A stretch of 64,000 nucleotides of DNA from NCBI GenBank assembly GCA_017999915.1, contig JAGNKX010000001.1, forward strand, positions 691,440 through 755,439. The letters run 5' to 3'. The position numbers and the translations under genes were made by a program. The stretch comes from Spirochaetota bacterium (lineage in GTDB: Bacteria > Spirochaetota > UBA4802 > UBA5550). Shown one piece after another: positions 1 to 9,275 of this stretch (within the stretch, counting starts at the first letter, position 1; every line of letters begins with the position of its first letter). The notes under the pieces are model-generated. The model ran no database searches and was not told the origin of the DNA. It was given only the letters and a program-made list of their open reading frames with translations.

Positions 1-1
1 A

Positions 2-3000
2 TACGCTGATAATAACGGCATAGCGGTGCTGCGGCTCCATGCCGGCAACTATCCCTATGACAGGGAGATCACCTGCGAGGCCACGGTGGTGGACCGCTCC
101 AATGTCAGCATCAGCTCCAGCAACAAGGTGCGGGTGGGTCGCGGGGAATACTACATCAAGATCGAGCCTTCCCAGCATTTCTTCTCCAGCGGCGAGAAGA
201 AGCCGGTCATTATCAGGACCCTCACCCATACCGGCAGGCCCCACGGCGCCAAGGTCAAGGTGGAGCTCTTCCGCTACATCTGGAAGCCGTGGGAGAGGGT
301 TTATGTCCATGATGCGAAACCACTTTTCTCTGAACAGGTTTCAACTGACAGCCAGGGCATTGCCACGGTGAACCTCCCGAAGGAGTTCAGCTTCTACGGC
401 GAATTCGACCTTGTGGTCAACGGTGTTGACCGGAAGGATAATGTCATAACCGCGTCCCGGGTCATATGGATCTACAGCCTTGAAGGGGCCAGGGTGGCGT
501 CGCGGTTCAAAAACCTGGAGCTGTCCGTCAACGCCACGGAGCTGGCCAAACCGGGAGAGATCACCTGCCTCATAAAGAGCTGCTTCACCGATGCCTATGT
601 GTGCGTCACCCTTGAGGGAAGGGATGTATATGAGTCGAAGGTGATCAAGATGACCGGCAACATCATGCCGGTGCAGTTCACCATAAAAACGGAATACGCG
701 CCGAACCTTTTTGTCACGGCTACGATGCAGAGAAAGAGGGCCCTGTACACCTCCTCGGCGGGGATTTCACTGCCGGTCCATGATACGGCCCTCGCTATCT
801 CCATCGAGCCTGACAAGCAGAAATACTTGCCTGGAGAGAAGGCTTCTGTGCTACTAAAGGCTGTGGATGGCAATGGCAAGCCGGCAAGGGCCGACCTCTC
901 CCTGGCTGCGGTGGACGAGGCGATATTCCAGGTCAGGTATGACCACACGCCCCTCATGAGGGACTACTTCTATACCAAAATATCCAACTGGGTCCTCACC
1001 AGCTATTCCTATCCCATAACCATGCTGGCCGGCGCAGCAAAGGACGGCAAGGTAAAGGTGCGGGAAAAGTTCGAGGACACGGCATTCTGGTCAGCGAAGA
1101 TCAGGACCGGGGAGGATGGCACTGCCCGGGTGAATTTTACCTTACCGGACAACCTGACGACCTGGCGCCTCACGGTCCGTGGCCACGACCAAGCCGGCAG
1201 GATGGGCGAGAAGAAGACCACCTTCCTGGTCACCCAGGATCTGATAGCGCGCATTGGAAAGCCGCGATTTATGGTGGAGGGGGACACCCTGAGCCTCATC
1301 GGCATCGTCAATAGCAATACTGAGCGGGGCCTAAAAAAGGTCGATACTATATTCAAGGCCGATGACAGGGTCCTTGAGGCGGACGAAGCAGTTACTATCA
1401 GTCTCCCGGCCTTCGGGTCCGCCAGAACCTATTATCCATACAAGGTGCCGAAAGACAGGAAAGAGGTAACGCTCCAGTACTCCGCCCGGTCGATCGGGGA
1501 CGCCAGGGACGCGCTGAAATTGACCGTCCCGGTGGAGCGGCGCGGCACGCCCTTCAAGCTCTACGGCATCGGCGACATGGCCGTTAATAGAACGGTCACG
1601 GTAACGCCTCTTGCCGAGACCGATGACTTCAGCTTCGTGCCTGAATCGGTGACCGTGTCCCTCAGCCCGTCCCCCATCATACAGATGCTCAGGGCGACGA
1701 AATACCTGAGCGAGTATCCCTACGGGTGCATCGAGCAGACCCTGAACAGCTTCATCCCGAACCTGGCGCTGAACCGGATGCTCAAGCAGAAGGGATACGG
1801 CCGGTTCATTAACGAAAAGGCGAAGAAAAAGCTCGATGACAAGGTGAGCGCCGGCATCGACCGGATCCAGCGGTACCAGAATGATGACGGCACCTGGGGA
1901 TGGTGGTCCGGGAGCCGCGGCAACGCCTTTGTTACCGGCTATGTGCTCTACTCCCTGCGGCTTGCCCAGGAGGCGGGATTCACCGTCGATAAACCGGTCG
2001 TCACCAGGGGGCTCACGGCGGTGCAGCGCTATTTTTCCAATCCGAAGCTGGAGGAGTGGGACGCCGTTGCGTACCTGATGTATATCAACGCCCTCTGGGG
2101 CAGATGGGACCATGAAATTTTCAAGAAGATCATCAAGGTCAAGGACCCGGGCACATACCGGACCGCATGCCTGGTGAAGGCCCTGGCACTGGCGCGGGCC
2201 CATCCAAAATTGACCGATGACATGAGGAGCGAAATAAACGCCATGGCGCCGCGCCTGGTTGATCTCCTCCTGCAATCGGCCAGGAAGGACGGCTGCGGCA
2301 TCTACTGGGAGAGCCGGGGCAATGACCGCTGGAGCTGGCCCGGAGGCGACACCGAGATCACCGCCCATGTCCTCTCAGCCCTGATCGGCGCCGGGGACCG
2401 TTCGACGGTGCCGGCGCAGATCGTCCGCTCCCTGTGCAGCCGCTCACGGGGGGATGCGTGGAATTCCACCAAGGAAACAGCAACGGTCATGATTGCCCTG
2501 TGCGGATACCTTGAGGCCATGGGAGGCCCTGCCGTGACCAGGGGCGCCGTGAGGTTTTCCCTGGACGGCAAAAAAATAGCTGACATTTCCTACGATCTTG
2601 AGGATCCGAAGGTGATGGAAAATCTGACCCGCAAGATCCAGTTGGAAGGAGGAAATGCCCGAAACTCCTTCACTGTGACCGCCGAAGGGGAAGCGGGATC
2701 GGATGTGAGCTTTGACGTAGTCATAGGCGGCACCCTGTATTTCAAGGACAAGGGTGCCCTGTCCCTGATACGGTCCGAGGAGCGGGGCATCAGGTCCCTT
2801 TCAAACGGCATCTCCATCACCAGGACCTTCGCGTCCATTACGAGGGTGCGCGATTCGCGCAACAATGAATACATGGTGCCCCAGAGCCTGGCGGGCAAGA
2901 AGGTCATCCAGATCGGGGACGAACTCCTGGTGAAGGTGAAATTCCAGGCCCAGGACGACTTTCAATACCTGGTGCTGGAGGACTATCTTCCCTCGGGTTT

Positions 3001-3244
3001 CGAGGTGACGAAGAACAACGCCTATGATGAGTACACGCCCTTTGTCCATATCGAACGGTGGGACAACAGGATGGTTTATTTCTTTACGGATTTGAAAAAG
3101 AATGAGATCTACGAAGTGGCGTATATCGTCAGGGCCGAGCTGCCAGGAAATTTCATGGTGAAGCCGTCCCGGATGGAATGCATGTACGAGCCGTCCATCC
3201 AGGGATGGTCGGCACCGGTTGTGGTTGATGTGGAGAAGAAATAG
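2..3244 (+). CDS. Alpha-2-macroglobulin family protein, C-terminal about 1072 aa. The reading frame is open to the window edge and the N-terminus lies upstream of the window.
   Basis: Long ORF open from position 2. Canonical thioester motif GCIEQ (YPYGCIEQTLNSF). Size and domain order are consistent with bacterial A2M (YfhM-like). Confidence 0.85.
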   Translation, partial: YADNNGIAVLRLHAGNYPYDREITCEATVVDRSNVSISSSNKVRVGRGEYYIKIEPSQHFFSSGEKKPVIIRTLTHTGRPHGAKVKVELFRYIWKPWERVYVHDAKPLFSEQVSTDSQGIATVNLPKEFSFYGEFDLVVNGVDRKDNVITASRVIWIYSLEGARVASRFKNLELSVNATELAKPGEITCLIKSCFTDAYVCVTLEGRDVYESKVIKMTGNIMPVQFTIKTEYAPNLFVTATMQRKRALYTSSAGISLPVHDTALAISIEPDKQKYLPGEKASVLLKAVDGNGKPARADLSLAAVDEAIFQVRYDHTPLMRDYFYTKISNWVLTSYSYPITMLAGAAKDGKVKVREKFEDTAFWSAKIRTGEDGTARVNFTLPDNLTTWRLTVRGHDQAGRMGEKKTTFLVTQDLIARIGKPRFMVEGDTLSLIGIVNSNTERGLKKVDTIFKADDRVLEADEAVTISLPAFGSARTYYPYKVPKDRKEVTLQYSARSIGDARDALKLTVPVERRGTPFKLYGIGDMAVNRTVTVTPLAETDDFSFVPESVTVSLSPSPIIQMLRATKYLSEYPYGCIEQTLNSFIPNLALNRMLKQKGYGRFINEKAKKKLDDKVSAGIDRIQRYQNDDGTWGWWSGSRGNAFVTGYVLYSLRLAQEAGFTVDKPVVTRGLTAVQRYFSNPKLEEWDAVAYLMYINALWGRWDHEIFKKIIKVKDPGTYRTACLVKALALARAHPKLTDDMRSEINAMAPRLVDLLLQSARKDGCGIYWESRGNDRWSWPGGDTEITAHVLSALIGAGDRSTVPAQIVRSLCSRSRGDAWNSTKETATVMIALCGYLEAMGGPAVTRGAVRFSLDGKKIADISYDLEDPKVMENLTRKIQLEGGNARNSFTVTAEGEAGSDVSFDVVIGGTLYFKDKGALSLIRSEERGIRSLSNGISITRTFASITRVRDSRNNEYMVPQSLAGKKVIQIGDELLVKVKFQAQDDFQYLVLEDYLPSGFEVTKNNAYDEYTPFVHIERWDNRMVYFFTDLKKNEIYEVAYIVRAELPGNFMVKPSRMECMYEPSIQGWSAPVVVDVEKK

Positions 3245-3255
3245 GGAGACACCAT

Positions 3256-3278
3256 GTCCCCGCCACTGAGGCGGGGAC
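3256..3278. other. Stable 9-bp stem-loop (GTCCCCGCC-actga-GGCGGGGAC) immediately after the A2M stop codon, with no U-tract.
   Basis: Perfect inverted repeat read directly from the sequence. It is followed by an A-rich stretch, not a T-rich one. Confidence 0.4.
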
Positions 3279-3300
3279 ATGAAAAAAATATGGAGTACCG

Positions 3301-3516
3301 ATGAAACCAAAAACTATCGCCATTATTGTTGGGACCATTTTGCTGACTATTCTGATATTCCAGAATACCCATTCAGTCGTGCTGAATATCTTCTTCTGGG
3401 AGCCGGATTTTCCCCTGATCGTTTTGATCGTCATCGTCCTGGGAATAGGTTTCGGACTCGGCTTTTTCGCGAAAAATATCAGCGCCGTGGCGCAGAAGAA
3501 AGGCGAAGATTATTAA
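3301..3516 (+). CDS. Small inner-membrane protein, LapA/YciS-like (DUF1049).
   Basis: 71 aa with two predicted TM helices. The N-terminal pattern KxIAIIVGxILLxILIFQN resembles the LapA family. Confidence 0.5.
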   Translation: MKPKTIAIIVGTILLTILIFQNTHSVVLNIFFWEPDFPLIVLIVIVLGIGFGLGFFAKNISAVAQKKGEDY

Positions 3517-3565
3517 TTAATGTCCGATCCGGTGAGCCCCGGTTAAGCCGAGAACAGATATCCCA

Positions 3566-5632
3566 ATGAACAAGTGCCCGGCCATATTCCTTTTGCTGTT
3601 TATCATGTTCCCGGTCTATCCGGCAGGAGCGGAAACTGATAATGATAAGCCTGTGACCATACAGATACTATCCAAGCAGGTCAGGCTGTTGAAAAGCGGC
3701 GCCATTAAAAGAATCTCCATTTCGGTAACGCATGGCGCCACGGTAAGGGATGAAAACCATAGGGTGATAGATGGGAAAACCATAAGTTGTTCCGTCACTG
3801 CCGGAATGGTTGGCTTGTTCATAGATGACAGGCCCCTGGCGGGATCCGGAAAACTGGATATCGCACCCGCTCCTGAAAAAGACGACATCGTGATCCATAT
3901 CGACGGAGAGGCGAGAAGGTATCCTCTCCCCCTGTCGGTCCGTTTTGGCGATAACAGCCTGATATTCACTGTACAGGAGAATCTAAACCGGTACGTCGTT
4001 GATTCGTCCCTGGCAGAATACAGCGGCGATTATTGGAAAGAAAGGGAAGGTATCCTCGCCCTGGCCCAGGTGATACGGGCCCGATATCATTTCTCCAAAA
4101 AAAATCCCCGCCACGGCAACGCGGATTTCTGCGACCTCACCCACTGCCAGGTGTACAGGGGCAGGATGAACAGCGCCATTTCTTTCCATGACGACTGGGT
4201 CATCGATCATCAGAAGCTGCGGCACAACCTCTTCTTTCACTCCCGGTGCGGAGGGAGGACCTTCGACCCCGGCGTTTTCAGGGGGAAAGCGATTTCCGCC
4301 GGCAATAACAGCCCTGGCGTAAGGGACTGGCTCTACCGCAAGGGAACCCGGCTTTGTTCCGCCAAGGATTCCCGCTGGGAGCGCACCATAGGCAATGATG
4401 AATTGGCCGGGATACTTTTTCCCGGGAAAGTGAATGATGGCAACGCATCACTGTCGCTTCGATACGACAGGGACATCATGGTGGTTGAGGTCATCACGCC
4501 ATCGGGAAAGACATCTTTCCCGGTTGAGACGTTCAGGCTTAAAATAAACAGGGTCAAGGGATGGAACTTTATCCGCAGTAACAGCTTTACCGTATCAGAG
4601 AAAACGACTGATAACGAGAGGCTTTTCCTTTTCAGGGGAGAGGGACTCGGTCATGGAACTGGCTTATGCCAGCATGGGGCCATGGCCCTTTCCCGGCTCG
4701 GATATAACAGGTACGAAATACTGGAACACTATTTTCCCGATCTTCAGTTTCAAAGCCCGGAAACAGAGGGGGAGTTGTCACCTTATTGCTCGTACTGTCT
4801 TTTTGATGTTTCCACGGGAAAGGTTTTAAAGTCAACTCAGGGCGAGGCCTTTTTGTCGAGAACCGTTCCGCCGGGATCGCTATTTAAGGTCATCGTCGCG
4901 CTGTATCTTGCCGCCGAGCGGCCCGATATATTTTCTGATTACGCCTATCCGTGCACAGGAAGGAATGTGAATGATCCGAACCTTCCCGACCGCTGCTGGA
5001 GGCCCAAAGGCCACGGGACGGTACGGCTCAAGGAGGCCCTGCCCAACTCATGTAACCTCTATTTCAGCTCACTCTATAAAAACATATCTCAAAAAAAATT
5101 CAGGGCATTTTATCAGAATTTCTGCGGGTCCCTGGGTATCAGGCAGCCCCTGCCGGAGACCGCAAACGACAGGCAATGGGCGGAGCTCCTGGCAGGTCTT
5201 GATTTCAGGATGTCATTTACCATTGGCGATTTGATCAAGCTGGCGCGCTACTGTTATTGCGGCAACGGTGAAGTGAGAGATCAATCAGTTCCAGGAATTC
5301 CTGTCCCCTATCAGGAAAGATTGAAGCTATTCCAGGGATTGCGGGATACCTTTGCCCATGGCACGGCTTCCGAACAGAAAAAACGCTCGGGCCCTTCCTG
5401 TAATTATATTTCTCTTGAAAACCCAAGTGAAAAAAAATCCAACATGCCTTTAACTGGTCTCTGGGGAAAAACAGCCACTGTCCTGGATGGCACCAATACG
5501 CCGTTGAGCTATGGCCTATTCATGGGCGGGAACGGCGCCACCGGCGTTATTGTTGTGTTGAGAAAAGGCACGGGCAACATGGCTTCCCGATGGGCGCGGA
5601 AAATCCTCGGCCAGGAAAAAAGAAACGACTGA
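3566..5632 (+). CDS. Secreted fusion protein: SpoIID/LytB (lytic transglycosylase-like) domain plus a C-terminal PBP/beta-lactamase-like transpeptidase domain.
   Basis: Signal peptide present. SpoIID signature residues RHGNADFCDLTHCQVYRG and GEGLGHGTGLCQHGAMALSRLGY. Downstream are SxxK (SLFK), SxN (SCN) and KTG-like (KGTG) motifs. Confidence 0.7.
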   Translation: MNKCPAIFLLLFIMFPVYPAGAETDNDKPVTIQILSKQVRLLKSGAIKRISISVTHGATVRDENHRVIDGKTISCSVTAGMVGLFIDDRPLAGSGKLDIAPAPEKDDIVIHIDGEARRYPLPLSVRFGDNSLIFTVQENLNRYVVDSSLAEYSGDYWKEREGILALAQVIRARYHFSKKNPRHGNADFCDLTHCQVYRGRMNSAISFHDDWVIDHQKLRHNLFFHSRCGGRTFDPGVFRGKAISAGNNSPGVRDWLYRKGTRLCSAKDSRWERTIGNDELAGILFPGKVNDGNASLSLRYDRDIMVVEVITPSGKTSFPVETFRLKINRVKGWNFIRSNSFTVSEKTTDNERLFLFRGEGLGHGTGLCQHGAMALSRLGYNRYEILEHYFPDLQFQSPETEGELSPYCSYCLFDVSTGKVLKSTQGEAFLSRTVPPGSLFKVIVALYLAAERPDIFSDYAYPCTGRNVNDPNLPDRCWRPKGHGTVRLKEALPNSCNLYFSSLYKNISQKKFRAFYQNFCGSLGIRQPLPETANDRQWAELLAGLDFRMSFTIGDLIKLARYCYCGNGEVRDQSVPGIPVPYQERLKLFQGLRDTFAHGTASEQKKRSGPSCNYISLENPSEKKSNMPLTGLWGKTATVLDGTNTPLSYGLFMGGNGATGVIVVLRKGTGNMASRWARKILGQEKRND

Positions 5633-5655
5633 TGCAGTGCAATTCTCCGCTTTCC

Positions 5656-6240
5656 TCAGGCGGATAACAATTTCAGCGCGTCCTTGATTATGGATTCAAC
5701 TGGACTGTCGGGCTTGTTTTTTAGCAGCTCTTCAACGATCTTGGATGATTTGGCGTCGTCAAAACCGAGTGTGACCAGGGCTTCGATGGCGTCATTTTTA
5801 TGAGTTTGCGGGGCATCAATCTGCCCTGAAAGGGTTGTCAGCTTCTTTAATTTCCGCTTCAGCTCAAAAATGAGCTTTTCGGCTTTGGCGTTTCCTATGC
5901 CGGGAATCTTCGTCAGAAGGGCCGTGTTTTCCGATTGGACTGCGTCAACGAGGCGGTTTATGGTTATTCCTGACAGGATGGATATGGCCATGGCAGGCCC
6001 TATGCCGGTTATGTTCAGCAGAATTGAAAAACACTCCTTCTCGTTTTCCGTAAAAAAGCCAAATAGCTTGAGTTGGTCTTCCTTGTGATGTGTGTGGACG
6101 TATAGAACAACATCGGTATGGGACTGAATTTTTTCATAGGTTGATAGGGGAATGGTTAATCCATAGCCCACGCCCTGGACGTCCAGGATAACTTCTGTCG
6201 GCTTAAGCTCGTCTATGGTTCCGCGTATTTTTGATATCAT
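5656..6240 (-). CDS. ruvA: Holliday junction ATP-dependent DNA helicase subunit RuvA.
   Basis: N-terminus MISKIRGTIDELKPTEVILDVQGVGYGLTIP and overall 194-aa architecture are typical of RuvA. Confidence 0.9.
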   Translation of the reverse strand: MISKIRGTIDELKPTEVILDVQGVGYGLTIPLSTYEKIQSHTDVVLYVHTHHKEDQLKLFGFFTENEKECFSILLNITGIGPAMAISILSGITINRLVDAVQSENTALLTKIPGIGNAKAEKLIFELKRKLKKLTTLSGQIDAPQTHKNDAIEALVTLGFDDAKSSKIVEELLKNKPDSPVESIIKDALKLLSA

Positions 6241-6386
6241 ATATGAATGTAAACCGTTTATGATAGATTTTCAGTTTTTTAAGAATTAACTAATATAGTT
6301 CTCTTATACAATAAAAAAAGAAATTTTTAGATTTTTTTTGATTTTTTCACAATTTCAGTGGCCAAATAAGTTAATATTTATTATAT

Positions 6387-6421
6387 TTAACTAAACAGTT
6401 AGTTAAACTAAATAGTTAGTT
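6387..6421. promoter_or_regulatory. Two adjacent inverted repeats AACTAA-N4-TTAGTT (centres 17 bp apart) 10-45 nt upstream of the tetR start: candidate TetR operators. A third partial copy lies near 6286-6300.
   Basis: Palindromes read directly: TTAACTAAacagTTAGTTAA and AACTAAatagTTAGTT, in the AT-rich divergent promoter region between ruvA and tetR. Confidence 0.4.
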
Positions 6422-6433
6422 AACAAGGTATAA

Positions 6434-7042
6434 ATGGAAGATACGACTGAAAAAAAGATAAAAAATGCCGCCCTGCGCGAGTTTGCCCAACATGGTCTGG
6501 AAGGAGCCAGGGTGGACCGCATTGCCCAGAAAGCGAAAATAAACAAGGCCATGATCTATTATCATTTTAAAAGCAAGGAAGATCTGTATGAATCGATCTT
6601 GATAGAATTTTACAGTAAAATCTTTCCGCGGGTAGCAGGCAATATTTCAAAAGACAAGGGTGTTGAAGAACAGCTGGAATCCATCGTTACGTTTTTCATT
6701 GATTTCATCAAGGAAATGGATCAGGATTATATCAGGGTTATGCTCAGGGAGCTCTCCAGCGGCGGCAAGTATTTCAAAAAACTTATGCTCCCCAATGTCA
6801 TCATCCCCATGATGGGGCTAGTTCAGGAGCTTTTTACCGCAGGCATCAAGCAGGGAACATTCAAAAATATCGTCCCCCATTTAACTTTTATCCAGATGCT
6901 CGGATCAATCGTTTTTACCAACGCCATCCGCATAACCCTCTCTGATACTGATTTCGGGAAAATGATATTCAATGATGATTTCTTTGAAGAGTATAAGAAG
7001 AACATGCTGACAGTGGTAAAGACCGGGATCATGGCATCGTAA
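6434..7042 (+). CDS. TetR/AcrR family transcriptional regulator (YbiH-like).
   Basis: N-terminal HTH with the MIYYHFKSKEDLY motif. Position is immediately upstream of the efflux genes. Confidence 0.85.
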   Translation: MEDTTEKKIKNAALREFAQHGLEGARVDRIAQKAKINKAMIYYHFKSKEDLYESILIEFYSKIFPRVAGNISKDKGVEEQLESIVTFFIDFIKEMDQDYIRVMLRELSSGGKYFKKLMLPNVIIPMMGLVQELFTAGIKQGTFKNIVPHLTFIQMLGSIVFTNAIRITLSDTDFGKMIFNDDFFEEYKKNMLTVVKTGIMAS

Positions 7043-7057
7043 GGAGGAATCAGGAAT

Positions 7058-8479
7058 ATGAAATATAAAGCCTTATCAATAATCGCATTGTTCGTTGGAT
7101 TGGCACTATCAGATCCTATTCCCATCCGGGGTGAAGGGGCTCTTAAAAAGATCACCCTCGACGATGCCGTGTCCATCGCGAAAAAGAACAACCATGATTA
7201 TAAAATCGCCCTTCAGCGGCACAAGGCTGAATCCGAGAAGGTCAACCAGGCGTGGGGCATGCTCCTGCCGGTCATTGAATCGGAAGCCTCATTGACAAGG
7301 CAGGGGGCCCAGTCCGGATTCATGAGCATGGCCGAAGGCCAGTATGATATCAAGATAGTGCAGGTCAAGTTCGGCATCAATCCTGGCATGTTTTATCATT
7401 CCCTGCAGATGTCACGAAAGGCCTACGCCGTTTCCACGGAGGAAATGAGGAAGGTGAAAAGCGATATAGAATTCAACGTGATCGAAAGTTATTTCAATCT
7501 CATCCTTGCCGAAGAGATGATATCGATACGAAAAGACACGATCAAGCTTCTTCAAGAGAATCTTAAAGATGTGACCAGCCTCTTCAAGACCGGCAGCGTG
7601 CCCCGGTACGAGCTCCTCCAGGCACAGGTACAGCTGAAAAGCCAGGAGCCTTTGCTTCTGGAAGCCGAGAACCGGTACCGCCTGGCCCTGGAGATGTTCA
7701 ATTACCAGCTGGGTCTCGATGAACGGGTATATGCCGCTGACCGGAGCATCATTGAAAAAGACAACTACCGCGTGGCGGAGAAGGATATCGATTCATTCAT
7801 CCAGCGCGTTGGCGCCATTGCCCTGAAAAACAGGCCGGAGATCATCCAGCTCAAGATGAAGAAGGAGATAGCCGGTCATGCCAAGAACATCACCGATTCC
7901 TATTACCTCTGGCCGACCTTCATGGCCGGGGGATACTACGGGTATAACATGCCGCTTACCACGGTCGGCGAAAAGCTTCTCCCCACTTCCAATGGAGGCG
8001 CTACGTACATGGACCTGTCGCAGATCGCGGGGGAGCGGAAATGGCAGCCCAACTGGATGATACGCGTCGCGGCCACGTACCGGTGGAGCGCCCTGCTTCC
8101 CGTTGATTCCACCCGCGCCCAGGGCCGGGAAGCCAGGGCGCGGGGCCTCGAAGCCGAAGAGGAGATCGCCAAGGTGAAGCGCCTGGTGACCATTTCCATA
8201 AAATCATCCTATTCCAATATACTGACTGCAAACCAGACCATATCGTCCCACCGGGAGAATGTCGACAAGGCCAAAGAGGGGCTTCGCATAGCCCGCGAAA
8301 GCTACCGTGCCGGCGTCATTAAAAACTCCGAACTCTTCGGAGCGCAGGTTGCCCTTACGCAGGCTCAGGCCGGGTATATAAACGCCGTCAACAGCTACTA
8401 CCAGTCCCTGGCAAAACTGCGAAAGGATATCGGCACTGACGATGACAGCATAATTTTCGGAGGAGAAGAACATGAATAA
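7058..8479 (+). CDS. TolC-family outer membrane efflux protein.
   Basis: Signal peptide, 473 aa, coiled-coil/beta-barrel repeat organisation, and operon context with HlyD and ABC genes. Confidence 0.8.
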   Translation: MKYKALSIIALFVGLALSDPIPIRGEGALKKITLDDAVSIAKKNNHDYKIALQRHKAESEKVNQAWGMLLPVIESEASLTRQGAQSGFMSMAEGQYDIKIVQVKFGINPGMFYHSLQMSRKAYAVSTEEMRKVKSDIEFNVIESYFNLILAEEMISIRKDTIKLLQENLKDVTSLFKTGSVPRYELLQAQVQLKSQEPLLLEAENRYRLALEMFNYQLGLDERVYAADRSIIEKDNYRVAEKDIDSFIQRVGAIALKNRPEIIQLKMKKEIAGHAKNITDSYYLWPTFMAGGYYGYNMPLTTVGEKLLPTSNGGATYMDLSQIAGERKWQPNWMIRVAATYRWSALLPVDSTRAQGREARARGLEAEEEIAKVKRLVTISIKSSYSNILTANQTISSHRENVDKAKEGLRIARESYRAGVIKNSELFGAQVALTQAQAGYINAVNSYYQSLAKLRKDIGTDDDSIIFGGEEHE

Positions 8480-9275
8480 AAAGAAGATCATTCCCATAGC
8501 CGTTGTGGCGGCGGTAGTAACGCTATCCATCCTGTATTTCGAGGTGTTCCGCCATATTGGGGAGGACGGAAAACGCATTGAAGGGTCCGGAACCATCGAG
8601 GTCACGGAGGTTGACATCAGCTCGAAGCTTGCCGGGAGGATCATCAGCATAGCCCGCGACGAGGGAGAGAGCGTCAAACACGGCGAGGTCCTGGTGAGGA
8701 TCGCCTACGACGAGCTGGACGCCCAGCGCCTTTCAGTGATAGCGAACCTGAACAACGCCAAAAAAAACATGGACCGCGTCAGGGACCTTTACAGGAGCGG
8801 GTCTGTATCGAAAAAGGATTTTGACAACATGGAGACCATGTACCGCATGGCGAAGGCCGCCAATGAGCAGATCAACGCGGCCATAAGCAACGCGGTCATC
8901 GCATCGCCCGTCGACGGCGTGGTGCTGGAAAAAAACCTGGAGATAGGAGAGATCGCCTTCCCGGGAACGCCGGTGCTCACCGTGGCGGACATAAAGGATA
9001 CCTGGATCAAGATATATGTCAATGAAAAGCAGCTGGGCCGCGTCAAGCTGGGTCAGAAGGCCGAGATCACCGTGGATTCATTCCCTGATAAGAAATTCAT
9101 CGGCAAGGTCATATCCATATCGAACAAGGCCGAATTTACGCCCAAGACGATCCAGACCAAGGATGAGCGGGTCAAACTCATGTTTGCGGTGAAGATCGCC
9201 GTTCCCAATCCGGACCAGAAGCTGAAGCCGGGAATGCCCGCCGACGCCATAATACTTGCGGGGGACGTTAAGTGA
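8472..9275 (+). CDS. HlyD-family periplasmic adaptor / membrane fusion protein (YbhG-like).
   Basis: N-terminal TM helix, coiled-coil and lipoyl/beta-barrel segments. The ORF overlaps both neighbouring genes. Confidence 0.85.
   Translation: MNKKKIIPIAVVAAVVTLSILYFEVFRHIGEDGKRIEGSGTIEVTEVDISSKLAGRIISIARDEGESVKHGEVLVRIAYDELDAQRLSVIANLNNAKKNMDRVRDLYRSGSVSKKDFDNMETMYRMAKAANEQINAAISNAVIASPVDGVVLEKNLEIGEIAFPGTPVLTVADIKDTWIKIYVNEKQLGRVKLGQKAEITVDSFPDKKFIGKVISISNKAEFTPKTIQTKDERVKLMFAVKIAVPNPDQKLKPGMPADAIILAGDVK

Noticed and set aside
1331-2368. Long antisense or alternative-frame ORFs inside large genes (for example 1331..2368 -, 30482..31573 -, 32830..34047 -, 35227..36189 +, 36747..37484 -, 45086..45913 +, 27393..28127 +).
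   Set aside because: They lie wholly within well-supported genes on the opposite strand or in another frame. They have Arg/Gly/Pro/His-rich low-complexity translations expected from GC-rich antisense frames, and no motifs.
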